A stretch of DNA of 64,000 bases. It comes from Sphaerodactylus townsendi. Lineage: Eukaryota. The stretch is from contig NC_059427.1 in NCBI RefSeq assembly GCF_021028975.2, positions 141,918,001-141,982,000 of the forward strand, in the 5' to 3' direction. Within the stretch, counting starts at the first letter, position 1. Every line of letters starts with the position of its first letter. Below are positions 11,835-23,674 of the stretch, in pieces. The position numbers and the translations under genes were made by a program. The notes under the pieces were generated by a model. The model made no database searches. It worked only from the letters and a program-made list of their open reading frames with translations, and was not told where the DNA came from.

Positions 11835-12557
11835 CAGTGACGGCGAACCTTTTCGAGACCGAGTGCCCAAACTGCAACCCAAAACCCACTTATTTATCGC
11901 AAAAGTGCCATCACGGCAATTTAACCTTAATACTGAGGTTTTAGTTTAGAAAAAAACGGTCGGCTCCCAATTATTGAGGTAGAAGAGTCTACCATAGAAA
12001 TAGATAGTTTCTAATCGAAACCTTAAGGAGTTCTTAAGGTTGGAACTAACGAAAGAAACATTAATACTGTATTTTATGGATTAGATTTAAGTTTAATATA
12101 CATGTTAATGAAATGAAGCTTATTGGACAGAAGATATCAACGTTAGATATCTTTGTTATAGTGTTAATTTTATTATTGTTATACTGTTACTTTTCTTTTT
12201 AACAAACTAATAAAAATTTCTAATTATAAAAAAAAAGAAAAAAACGGTCGGCTCCAAGGCGCGCATTACTTGGGAGCAAGCTTGGTGGTAGTCAGTGGCT
12301 TTGCTTTGAAGCAACCGTGTGACGCTTCCAACGGGTGAATCACGACCCTAGGAGGGTTTAGAAGCAAGCCCCATTGCCAGCAACCGAGCTTACTCCCAGG
12401 TAAAGGATTGCGCTTTAGTTCTTCCCATGAAAATCAGTGGGGTTTAACAGCACTTAACAGGGTTACCTACATGTCATGCCCAGCGGCCCAGGCCGTGCCC
12501 ACAGAGAGGGCTCTGAGTGCCACCTCTGGCACCCGTGCCATAGGTTCGCCACCACTG
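11835..12557. mobile_element. hAT non-autonomous transposon (unit A only), with a nested retro-insertion
   Basis: TIR CAGTGACGGCGAACCT / AGGTTCGCCACCACTG; 8-bp TSD GTCTAG(T/G)A; empty site at ~32502 in unit B. Confidence 0.9.
11968..12235 (+). mobile_element. L1-type retrotransposed 3' fragment with poly(A)
   Basis: 20-bp TSD AGAAAAAAACGGTCGGCTCC (11948-11967 / 12236-12255); AATAAA then A-tail; TTT/AGAAAA target. Confidence 0.85.
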
Positions 12558-13284
12558 GTCTAGGACGTTTTTATGCTGCCCATCTATGACATTGAACCCC
12601 ATCCTCCCAGAAGCTCTTGGTGGCTTATGTGGTTCTCTCCTCCATTTTATCTTCTCAATAATCTTGTGCACTGAGACTAGCTCAAGTTTGGAAGTGCACA
12701 TAGCATAGTGGGGATTTGAAACTAGGTCTTCCAGCTCCCTGTTTGCCTCTGCACCACACTGGCTCTCTTCTTGGTCTTACAAAGATGATGGATAGATGGC
12801 TGTATGGGCCAACATACAAAAAGTCCAAAAACAATAACAGAATAACTTTTGATCTGGAATAGCTAAAATCTCACACGACAGTGAAGCACACATTTTGGTT
12901 TCTCGATGAAGATGTTGGTGAACCCCACAGTAAGGAAAATGAATGCTTAATGTACCTGTGAGGATCCACCTGCTCCAATGACCCCTGATGATGGTCAGAC
13001 ATCTTGACCATGCTCAGATGGAGGCTTCCCAGTCCTCAGAATGCAAGGGGAGGAGTTGTTTCACCTTGTACCTCCTGCTTAGGGATGCCAGCATCCAGGT
13101 AGGACCTAGGTGTCTTCCAGAATTACATTTCTTCTCCAGAGTTCTGTTCCCCTGGAGAAAATGGATACTTTGAAGGATTGAGTCTATGACATTGTACCCC
13201 ATTGAGATTCCTATATACTTCCCATGCTCTACCCCCAAATTCCCAGGACTTTCCCAATTTAAAACTGGCAACCCTGCTCTCTCC

Positions 13285-13760
13285 CAGTCTTTTGTAGCTT
13301 CTTCATGGCTGCTCTTCCCAGTCTTGGTCTCCTTGTGATTTCTTTTTGCAATCTCCCTTTTGATTATGGTGACCAGCCATCCTGCTTTTGGCGGGACATT
13401 CCTGCCTTGAACGAACTTGTCCGGCGTCCCGTGGGTTTTCCCCAAAGTCCCGGGTTTTGGAAGGCTGCCGCACTGCCTTCTGTGGCGCAAGGCAGTGTGG
13501 CAGCCTCCCGCGCGGCCACAGGAGCACACGGCATTCTGGAAGCTGCCGTTTCCCAGACAGGGTGGGAAGCGCAGCCTCTGCAGCTGCTGTGTGGCCCTGA
13601 GGCGCGAAAGGCATCGGGAGGGGGGGCCTAACGCCTGTCCCGGTTGGCGAAGGTGACCATCTGGTCACCTTACTTTTGATCAATGATTAAGCCAAGGAAT
13701 AACAAATGTTTAACTATTTCAGTTTCTTTATTGTCAATATCTAATTCCCTTGTGGTCACG
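13285..13760 (-). mobile_element. RTE/BovB LINE fragment (paralogous copy ~34975-35120)
   Basis: Translates to IDNKETEIVKHLLFLGLII.QKGDC, a BovB ORF segment; split by the Blackjack-like MITE. Confidence 0.7.
13365..13672. mobile_element. hAT-Blackjack-like MITE (unit A only)
   Basis: TIR TA(T/A)GGTGACCAG; perfect 8-bp TSD CTTTTGAT; empty site at ~35031. Confidence 0.88.
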
Positions 13761-15468
13761 TTCAGGGACAGAGCTTCCTCCCAGCCCCCAACGGCCTGTT
13801 CCACCCCCTCCTTGCCCACTCAGGGACCATGGAGCACCCCACAACTGACAGTCCCACCGCTGGACTTACTGCAAGGAGCAGGGAACACCAGGAAGTCAGC
13901 AACAAGAAGCCTGAGCAGCAAGAGCAAGCCTCAGCAGTTCCAGGGAACAGGGTAGAGACAGTACAGCCCTCGCCAAGCTGCAATCAGTAGTTCTCAACAG
14001 CCTTAGAGAGTGGTGCAGGGCCAGCACAGCCCCAGCCAGGCTCCAATCAAGGAGAAGGGCCAGGAAGACTGAAGAGCCAGTCTCAGGCTGGCAGGGCAAG
14101 ACAGACAGGATGTCTTGATTGTATATATGTTATAGAGTACTTTGATGTGTTAAGATTGTTGTACTTGATATTGCACGGTTGTCGATATATCTTACATTTG
14201 GCTTATGAATTATATAAGATGGTAAATAGCGGCAGGTACAACGCGTGTCTTTTCCTTTAATAGGCTGCTCTTTCAGCCAGCGGAGGCTCCACCAGCTGAA
14301 GGAGTGACCTAGTGGGGCCGCTGCAATGTGCCCTTTGGCCCGGCCCAGCCCGATCCCACCAGACCTGGCAGAGCAGGCCAGGCAGAGACCGCAGGAGTGA
14401 TGCTGGGGCACGAGCTGGGCTGCTAGAAACCACTTGGAAAGTTTTCTCCTCTGTAGAAGAGGCGAGAATTTGCAACCTGCAAGGCAATGCCAAGGTAGGG
14501 ACACCTAAGTTTTGCTTTTTGGGAAGGATGGCTGTTTGACACATCTCGTCTTCTTCAGGACTTTGGGGTTCCTAACTATCATGCCACACACACACACACA
14601 CACCCTGTTTTTCACCGTTTCCTGCGTGCTCGCTTGTTTTAAGGCATATGCTTAGCAGGATGGGAGGAAAAATTGGTGCTGACTGCAGAGTTGTAGCAGT
14701 TCGGGCACCTTCATGGTGGCACTTCTCCTGTCTCAAGTCTCCCTTTCATTTTAGATGAAAATCCTTTTGAAATACTTTTTCCCTCCCTGTTTTTTGCTTT
14801 TTCAGAGTCCGGCGTTAAAGCTTGTCAAAAGGGAGGGCGTTAGAGCTTCATTACTGGGAGGAGTGAGCTGGCTGATGTCCCGAGCGAGAGAAGCTCTTCC
14901 TCCAGGGCCTGAAAGGCCAGCGCGTGCAGCTCCACCTGAAAAGAGCGTTTTGATCTCACTCCCTGGAAGTAAGTTACCCAAAAGTTTTTCTGCAGAAGGC
15001 AGCAGTGCTGCCACTGTGATTGGGGGGTGGGGAGGGGAGAGGGAGATGGCTCTTGAGCAAAACCCCCTGCATGGCTTTGCAACCCCTCTCCGCTTTCAGA
15101 AGGAGATGGCTGCGGCTTGTGCCTGCTTTTCTGGCCTTCTGTTTATGGTTCCTTTTTTAAAAAAATTGTGTGTGTAGAACACCTCCCAAATTCCTAAGCA
15201 AGGCTGGGACATGCAGGAGCTTCCTGTCCAAAAACGCTGTTCGTCTTCTTAGGTCATCTGTGGTACTTTGAAGCTCTTGGAAGGGTTAGATTAGATGCTG
15301 TTGGCCTCTCTGCTCCCCCAGATCATATATTTAACTTGAGTTATTTCTTTAACTTCTTCTGCCATTACAGTTTTACAACAACCGTTGAAGGTTAGGTCAC
15401 ATGAGGAAGTCTGTGCTAATATGACAGGCCCTGTTTTCTTTAGAAGCAGAGAAGTTGAGTTAAGGTAC

Positions 15469-15925
15469 TGTTGGATTATTAAACTTGATATTTAGCAGAG
15501 TGCGGAATAAGAGACCATGAGACAGTTGCTATTATTATATAAAAGAGTTTACTTACTAATAAGGGAAGGGTTTACATGGAAGAAAACAAAGAACAACTTT
15601 CTATTCTAGTACTAACTTAGTTACATTGCTTAGGACCATGGGCTCCCACATAGTGCCTATGTAGCAAGGCAGAGATTCACAAGGTGAATCTTGTAGCAAA
15701 GAACGTGTGAATGAGCGAGTCTGTACTGAAGTGAGACAAAGAAACATACTTAACTTTATTACCTTTGACTACATGACTTGTCTCACATAAACAATGCAGG
15801 GGTTAGCTGACCAATAGCTTAATCAATGAACTGGTCATAAAACTCTTCCCTCAGTTAACTAATTAGCATACACATAGTTAACCCCTTTATGCCTGAATTG
15901 TGACAGACACTTGCAAATCCCAACA
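15469..15925. mobile_element. Solo LTR (unit A only)
   Basis: TGTTGG...CCAACA termini; 5-bp TSD GGTAC; empty site at ~37099. Confidence 0.9.
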
Positions 15926-16221
15926 GGTACCCTATCCAAAAATACAATGAGCAGAGTTCAGCCTCTTTACATGCATTTGAAGATAATTTGAAGGACTGGT
16001 TGCTCCATCATTTTATGCTACAGGCCCATGCCTACATTTTATGCTATAGGCCCATGCCCATTTGGGACTAAAGAGTACAGTTGGAAGAATGGTAGTAATG
16101 TAGGAGTGGGGATGTTCTGAATTCATTCTCAAAAAAAGCATCTGAGAAAAGCACAACCTTCAAGTTAATGAAGGAACTGGCAATACCACTGATAAACTAG
16201 ATGCCATCACATATTTAATAT

Positions 16222-16460
16222 GCCGCCTGAGCTGTGGAGGCTTATCAGGGGAATTCAAATTAGCCTGTAGACTCCCACACATGCCAGCTGGGTGACCTTG
16301 GGCTAGTCACAGCTTCTCGGAGCTCTCTCAGCCCCACTTACCTCACAGGGTGTTTGTTGTGAGGGGGTAAGGGCAAGGAGATTGTAAGCCCCTTTGAGTC
16401 TCCTACAGGAGAGAAAAGGGGGATATAAATGCAAACTCCTCCTCCTCCTCTTCTTCTTCT
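16222..16460 (+). mobile_element. Squam3-like SINE, 5'-truncated (unit A only)
   Basis: Same family as 3217; absent at ~37325. Confidence 0.8.
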
Positions 16461-16572
16461 AATATTTGAAAGTGATGCTGTTTCAGGGTGGATTCCCACC
16501 CTCCCAAACAACATCACTTTCAATGTTGTTTAAACTAGAGAGTCCTGGGTGTGTTCAGATTTGTGAGTGAGG

Positions 16573-17721
16573 CAGGGACGTAAGTATAGATTTTTTATGG
16601 GGTGGGTTCAAGGGCGTGGCCACACCTCCCCAAGCCCCGCCCCTGGCCTCAGCGCTTATGAAAACAGCTCTCTAAGGCCACGCCCCCCCAGCTGGGCTCC
16701 CAGCCGGCAGCTGGCAGTCCCTTTTGCCCTCCCCTCCTGGCAGAGGCGTAGCTAGGAAAAATGGAGCCCTGTGCAAAATCTGAGTTTTGCGCATGCCCCC
16801 CGTGGGCGGCCACTGTGATGCTGGAATCCACCCCCAAACAGCATCATTTTCAATGGTGTTTAAACTTGGGAGCCCAGATTCTCCTTTTAAATCCACCTTA
16901 AAGGGAGAATCTGGGGTCCCCAGTTAAAACAACATTGAAAGTGATGCTGTTTCAGGGTGGATTATCCCCCACCCTGAAACAGCATCACTTTCAATATTTA
17001 AACTGGGAACCTCAGATTCTCCCTTTAAACCCATGCTGAAGGGGATGGATTTAAAAGGAGAATCTGGGGAAATTTGGGGGGTGCCTGCTGCCGGGGTGCA
17101 ATTATGGCTACCAATCTTGATCCTCTTTGATCTGAGATTGCAAATGCCTTAACAGACCAGGTGATCGGGAGCAACAGCCGCAGAAGGCCATTGCATTCAC
17201 ATCCTGCATGTGAGCTCCCAAAGGCACCTAGTGGGCCATTGAAAGTAGCAGAGAGCTGGACTAGATGGACTCTGGTCTGATCCAGCTGGCTTGTTCTAAA
17301 AAGAAAATTGTTAAGCTAGCAGCACCAAATTTTCAGGGGATCTTTAGGAGACTCTCCTGATGATACTACCCAGGTTTGGTGAAGTTTGGTTCAGGGGGTC
17401 CAAAGTTATGGACCCTCAAATGTGTAGCCCCCATCTCCTATTAGCTCCCTTTGTAAACAATGGGAGATGGGGCACCCTCTTTGGGAGTCCATAACTTTGG
17501 ACCCCCTGAACCAAACCTCACTAAACCTGGGTGGTATCATCAGGAGTGTCTCCCAAACAATCCCTGCAATTGTGGTGCTGCTAGCCTAAAAACTGCACCC
17601 CTTGCATGCCAAAAACTGAAAAAAACACGTTAAAAATACAAAAAAACACAAATGGGGTCAAAGCTTCGGACATGTAATGGGGGGGTTTAAACCCGGGAAA
17701 CCCCCCTTACCGATGTCCTTG
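16573..17721 (+). mobile_element. ~1-kb non-autonomous hAT element (unit A only) with a nested CR1 3' fragment (~17104-17300)
   Basis: Termini CAGGGACGTAAG / ...GATGTCCTTG; same family as 19697-20945 and 47697-48618; TSD not preserved. Confidence 0.8.
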
Positions 17722-17938
17722 CCCCCCCCCCCAACAAACACCTGTGAGGTCGGTGGGGCTGAGAGAGCTTCGAAGAACTGTGACTAGTCCAAGGTCACCC
17801 AGCTGGCATATGCTGCAGTGCACAAGCTAATCTGGTTCCCCAGATAAGCCTCCACAGCTCAAGTGGCAGACCGGGGAATCAAACCCCGTTCTCCAGATTA
17901 GTGTGCACCTGCTCTTAGCCACTACACCATGCTGGCTC
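17722..17938 (-). mobile_element. Squam3-like SINE, 5' part (unit A only)
   Basis: Same family; tail side replaced by the adjacent hAT element. Confidence 0.75.
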
Positions 17939-18719
17939 AGTTAGGGCATGTTCTATAATGTGAAGGTGACTGTGAGATGACCTGGTGCTAAAAACCATTC
18001 TTTGGTTGTGTGTGGGGGGGAAGGGCGGGGGGCGGAAAACTCAGATTTTGCCCCGGGCTCCATTTTCCCTAGCTACACCTCTGGATGGGGTTGGTGTAAT
18101 GGAGGAGCTTAAGCTTGCAGGAGTGCTGTTAACTACCTGAAACAAGTAAAGAGCTTATGAATGGAAGCTGGAGTTGTGTCCTGTTTGTTCCAAAAGGGTG
18201 ATCACGATGGTCGTCGGAGGTGAACCTTCTGAGAATCCCCAGCCCGAAGGACGCCTGGCTGGCTTCAACGAGGGCCAGGGCTTTCTCAGTCCTGGCCCCG
18301 CCTGGTGGAACAAGCTTCCCACGGAGATCAGTGCCCTGTGTGACCTGAATGAGTTCTGCAGGGCCTGTAAGACAGAGCTGTTCCACCAGGCTTTTTCCAT
18401 CTAGCCAGCTGGGTTGAATTACCAGTTATATCGAGGCCTCCTATGGGTCCATATAGAGAAGTCGTCATCCTGTTTATTGGGTTTATTACTGGATATTGTT
18501 TTTATGCTTTTATTGTTTTAACTATATCCTTAATTGTATTGTACTTTATATGTCTTATATATGGATATGTATTGTACACTGCCCTGAGCCCTTTCCTGGG
18601 AATGGGTGACCTAGAAATCTAAAATAAATAAAGTAAAATAAATAAAAGTTGTGTTATAACTCTTCCTATAAACTTCAAAACTAAATTGTTCATCAATACA
18701 AGTAACTTGTGTGTCTGTG

Positions 18720-18795
18720 ATATAGCATAAAATATAGCAAATAGCAAATATAGCATATAGCAAATATAAATTATAGCATAAAATATAGCATAAAA
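18720..18795. repeat. Degenerate (ATATAGCA[T]AA)n minisatellite
   Basis: Directly visible; a single unit in B (~40080). Confidence 0.8.
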
Positions 18796-19640
18796 GAGTC
18801 CACTGGGACATACTTCCTACAGCTCAATAAAGCAGGAGAACCAAGAGTTGGACACTTGTGGGGCTCTCTTTCACTTGGGAGGACATCAGCAAAAGCTTGT
18901 CATTAGTAGAGAAAGGAGACCAGAAATAGAATGGTATGAAGGGGGGTGTGTGGAACGTGGCCTAGAACTAGGGGAACAGAGGCAGATAAAAAAACAGTAG
19001 AGAAAAATCACTTGGTAGGTGCAACCTGTTGGGGAGGGGCAAAATGTTATGTAGCTTTTTACCATCCTTCTGTAATGTTGTACAGCATTCTGTCCTCTTT
19101 TTCGTCTGACTGCAGTACCTGAAACAAAAGTTAGGGTGGTTTGGGAAAGCTATGCATTTGTGACAGAAAGAAATTGCAGATACTGGTAAAACTGCTCCTG
19201 GTTTATGGAAGTCCTTGTAGTAAGACTGCTGATTCTGTTTCTTCTATATCCATAGGGTTGCCCGCTCTGCTTTGGAAAATTCCTGCAGATCTGGGGTGGG
19301 GTGCCAAGGAATGGGGGAGTTGAGAGGGGAAGGGAGCTCAGGAGGGATGTGATACCATGCAATTCATTCTTTTCCCCTGGCCAGGGGGACAGATTTCTGT
19401 CATCCCAAGATCAGTTGTCAATCTGGGAGAACTAGAGGTTGGTGACCCTAATATTAGGCCTACCTGAATTGGTTAGGCAGCTTGGGCAGCTTAGGAGCTA
19501 AGAGGTCTAATCAGATGAGATATGGAGAGATTCTTTTCCCAAAGTTTAAAAGCTGAATGGCAGCAGAACGCTGCTTCAACTTAGATCAAGGCAAAGAAAT
19601 TCTGTGTGGCTTTCCCAGTTGAAACCAACATCCATACATT

Positions 19641-21189
19641 AGAAGAAGAAGAGTTGGATTTTTATTCCCTCTTTCTCTCCTTTAAGGGGCTTACACCAAG
19701 GACGTAGATAAGGGGGGGGGTGGTTCTGGGGTTCAACCCCCCCATTGCATGTCCAAAGCTCCGCCTTCTGTTTGTGTTTTTTTGTATTTTTTTAGTGTTT
19801 TTCGGTTTTTGGCCTGCAGGGGGTGCTGTTTTTAGGCTAGCGGCACCAAACTATCAGGGATTGTTTGGGAGACTCTTCTGATGATACTACCCAGGTTTGG
19901 TGAAGTTTGGTCCTGGGGGTCCAAAGTTATGGACTCTCAAAGGGGGTGCCCCCATCCCCCATTGTTTCCAATGGGAGCTAATAGAAGATGGGGGCTACAC
20001 ATTTGAGGGTCCATAACTTTGGCCCCCCTGAGCCAAACTGCACCAAACCTGGGTGGTATCATCAGGAGAGTCTCCTAAAGATACCCTGAAAGTTTGGTGC
20101 TGCTAGATTAATAATTGCACCCCTGACAGTAGGCACCCCCAAAATTCCCCCAGATTTTCCTTTTAAATCCACACCCTTCAGCATGGATTTGAAGGGAGAA
20201 TGTGAGGTCCCCAGTTTAAACACTGAAAGTGATGCTGTTGAGTGGGGAATAATCCACGCCAAAACAGCATCACTTTCAATGTTGTTTTAACTGGGGACCT
20301 CATATTCTCCCTTTAAGGTGGATTTAACAGGAGAATCTGGGCTCCCCAGTCTAAACACCATTGAAAGTGATGCTGTTTGGGGGTGGACTCCAGCATCAAA
20401 GCGGTCGCCTGGAATAGAGGGGGGCACCATTTTTTCCTAGCTACGTCTCTGCCCAGAGGGGAGGGCAGAAGGGGCTGCCGGCTGGGAACCCAGCTGGTGG
20501 GTGGGCAGGCAGGGCAGGGGAGTCTGCTGTCCCCGGCCTCAGAGAGCTGCTTTTATAAGCACTGGGGCTAGGGGTGGAGCTTGGGGAGGCTTGGCCATGC
20601 CCCAGGGGTGGGTGGGGGCATGGCCCCGCCCCCACCCTTCCTAAAAATCTATACCTACGTCCCTGGATTCCAGCATCACAGCGGCCTCTCGGGAGAGGGG
20701 GGGGCACAAAACCCAGATTTTGCACCAGGTTCCATTTTTCCCTAGTTACGTCTTTGCCCAAAGGGGAGGGCAGAAGGGGCTGCCAGCTGGGAGCCCAGCT
20801 GGTGGGTGGGTGGGGGAGGGCAAGGCAGGGGAGTTTGCTGTCCCTGGCCTCAGAGAGCTGCTTTTATAAGCACTGGGGCCGGGGCTTGGGGAGGCGTGGC
20901 CCCACCCCTGAACTCCCCCATAGAAAATCTATACCTACGTCCCTGGCTTACACACTCCTTTCCCTCCACCCCCCTATCGCAACAAATGCCCTGGTAGGTG
21001 ACTGGGGCTGGGAGGGCTTCAAAAAACTGTGACTAGCCCAAAGTCACCCAGCTGGCATGTGTTGGAGTGCATAAGCTACACTACTTCACCAGATAAGCTT
21101 TCACAGCTCAAGTGGCAGAGTGGGGAATCAAACTTGGTTCTCCAGATTAGAGTGCACCTGCTCTTAACCACTACACCACACTGGCTCTC
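19641..21189 (-). mobile_element. Squam3-like SINE split by a hAT insertion (uninterrupted paralog 41121-41409)
   Basis: Tail at 19641-19696, body at 20954-21189. Confidence 0.8.
19697..20945 (-). mobile_element. Non-autonomous hAT element inserted in a SINE (unit A only)
   Basis: Perfect 8-bp TSD GCTTACAC; termini CAAGGACGTAG / CTACGTCCCTG; terminal module duplicated internally. Confidence 0.9.
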
Positions 21190-21776
21190 ATTATTATTAT
21201 CCCTGTAAAGAAAGAAAGAAAATGACAGGGATTGTGGCAGTAGAAGTGGAGATATAAGGGAGAGGAAAGTGGAAGTGGAGATATAAAGGAGAGCTTTAAA
21301 CTCTGAGGGTAAGGATGAGGAGCCTGAGTGTGATCAAGGTGTGAACAGAAACCAAAACAATGGATCATAGGAAGGAGGACACCTGGTCAGAGTGATGAGA
21401 GAGATGAATTATTTTGGTGGTGGAATGCTGGATAGATGTGAGGGGGGCGGAAATGATGGTACAATAAACAGAAGGCCTGAGAGGAGGAGGCTGCAGTAGT
21501 CAAAAGAGAAATGGTTGGAGCTTGAACCACAGGGGTTTTTTTTTTTGCTAAAGTAGTGGAGAAGAAAGGGTATCTTTCTGCAACAAGAAAGAAGTAACTT
21601 GGCAACAGACTGAATATGAGAAGCACAGGAGGGGGAAACTGTCAAAGACAAAACCGAATCTTTTTTCCCCTTGGTTGACTGATGAGGAGAATATACAAGG
21701 AGGAAGGGCTCTGAAGGAAAGATGAATTGTTCCTTTATAGACTTACCGAGTTTGAGACATCCAAGTGGAGGTAGGC

Positions 21777-22089
21777 CAGTGATGGCGAACCTTTTAGAGA
21801 CTGAGTGCCAGGGGCAGAGCAAAAGGAAACTGCACCTGGGGCACACATGTGTCCTGCATCCCTGCCATGCCCCTGCGTCCCTGGAACACCCCCGGAATGC
21901 CCTGAAACATCCCCACCATGACCCGGAAATGCCCTCGCCATTCCCCCACAGGGGCAAGCGTCCAGTGTATCGCGCCCCCTTCGTGCTATGTTACTGCCAA
22001 GTTCCCAAACTGGGGCGGCGGCGCATGTGCCCACAAAGAGGGCTCTGAGTGCCACCTCTGTCATGCGTGCCATAGGTTTGCCACCACTG
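21777..22089. mobile_element. hAT MITE (unit A only)
   Basis: TIR CAGTGATGGCGAACC; 8-bp TSD AGGT(A/C)GGC. Confidence 0.88.
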
Positions 22090-22181
22090 AGGTCGGCAAT
22101 ATACAGCTGGAGGTGTAGGATTAATAGAGAGGCAAAGTTCAGGGGTACAAAGATAGGGTTGGACATAGGAAGCTTATAGGC

Positions 22182-22328
22182 CAGTGGTGGCGAACCTTTG
22201 GCACTCCAGATGTTATGGACTACAATTCCCATCAGGCCCTGCCAGCATGGCCAATTTGGCCATGCTGGCAGGACCTGATGGGAATTGTAGTCCATAACAT
22301 CTGGAGTGCCAAAGGTTCGCCACCATGG
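22182..22328. mobile_element. Palindromic hAT-Charlie-like MITE (unit A only)
   Basis: Near-perfect 147-bp palindrome; perfect TSD TTATAGGC; relatives at ~29205-29345, ~33300-33445 and ~50096-50194. Confidence 0.9.
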
Positions 22329-22974
22329 TTATAGGCGGTACTGAAAGTCATTGGATTTTTTGGAGTTAGCCTAGGATAGCATATAGCTGGAGAATAGAAT
22401 AGAATAATCTCTGCTGGACACCAGTGGATAATGGGAAAGCAGAGGTATAGCTTATGTTTCTGGAATAATTGCTCATTCAGTGTAGGTTGGAAGAGCCTAC
22501 TAAGGACAAAAGTTTTTTAAACCCAGGGTATGAAGGGAGTGAAGCAAGAAAGGGTAACAGAAAAGTAGGGACGACAGGGTTAGTAGAATCTTGCAGATAA
22601 AAGGTATTATTGAGTTTTGTGGACATGGTGTTTCTATTAACAATTTAAGGCTTTTGTTATGGTTCCATCATTCTCTGGTAAAAACTACAATCATCAGGAA
22701 ACAGTATATTGAGTTGGAGTAGGTTTGGAGTTAGAGAAGAAGAGCTGATTTCTATGCCCCATTTTTCTCTACCATAAGGATTCTCATGAGAGGACCATGA
22801 CCTGCCCAAGGTCACCCAGAAGGCTTCATGTGCAGGAGTAGGGAAACAAATCCAGTTCTTCAGATTACAGTCCACTGCTCTTAACCACTACACCACTCTG
22901 GCTTTCATTCTGGTTACTGAGATGGCTGCCCATGTGTTAACAGCATTGATCTTGATCCACCCCTTAGTTCAGTC

Positions 22975-23123
22975 CAGCGGTGGGATTGAAATAATTTAAC
23001 AACCGGTTCCGGTGGTGGGATTCAAATAATTTAACAACTGGTTGTTTACAAGCATCATTTTAACAACCGGTTCTGCCGAAGTAGTGCATACCTGCTGAAT
23101 CCCACCTGCTGAATCCCACCGCT
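22975..23123. mobile_element. hAT MITE remnant (unit A only)
   Basis: TIR CAGCGGTGGGATT / AATCCCACCGCT; related to 57299-57723; absent at ~42593. Confidence 0.75.
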
Positions 23124-23439
23124 TAGCCCAAGAATGTTGGAGAGGTAGCCAAATGTGTCCAGAGAATGGGGTGGGATTAGCTGTAAAAATTGATTTTTTA
23201 AATATAAGTAATTTGGATTGTAAGCCAACTTCTGAAAAACTTTGGCCTATCACTTTGCCACAGTCAAAACTCTACTGTATAGCCACTCTGAAAAGGAAAA
23301 GTGAGGCCAAACAGCTTTGTTAATCTCTACAAAACAATGTTAGTCTATACCAGAAAGTATTAGGGGTGCATTGACCTCCTTATGTGAAATGCAATTCCCA
23401 CAGAAAAGGTACAATGAACCACAGGATACGCATGCCTAA

Positions 23440-23674
23440 GGCTGTTTCTGCACGGGCGGAATACAGCGACCCAGGGACGCTAAAAACAGCCCTGGCCTGG
23501 GCGACGCACCGGAAGGTCGGAAGGACGGTAAGGCGTTCAGGCGACGGCACAGCCTCGGCACAGGCTGCTCCGTCTTCCCCGCCCCTACTGGGACCGTTTG
23601 TGTGAACAGTCCTGGGGGCGCGCGGTCTATAATGACGCACTTCCGCCGGTACGCGTGGCTGTGCGGAAACGGCC
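23440..23674. mobile_element. PIF/Harbinger-like MITE (unit A only)
   Basis: TIR GGCTGTTTCTGCAC / GTGCGGAAACGGCC; 3-bp TAA/AAA flanks; CpG-rich. Confidence 0.8.

Noticed and set aside
12988-13173. Identical 61-aa ORF in both units (also 32937-33122) as a conserved micro-protein
   Set aside because: The identity reflects near-identical DNA in all frames, it overlaps repeat-like sequence, and it has no splice or domain support.
16830-17560. Regularly recurring 17-20-bp motifs resembling a CRISPR-like array
   Set aside because: The motifs alternate in orientation, lie inside a multi-copy hAT element, and the DNA is vertebrate with no cas genes.
20441-22295. Several 100-186-aa ORFs in the ORF track
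   Set aside because: They fall in GC-rich MITEs that are absent from unit B; chance open frames.
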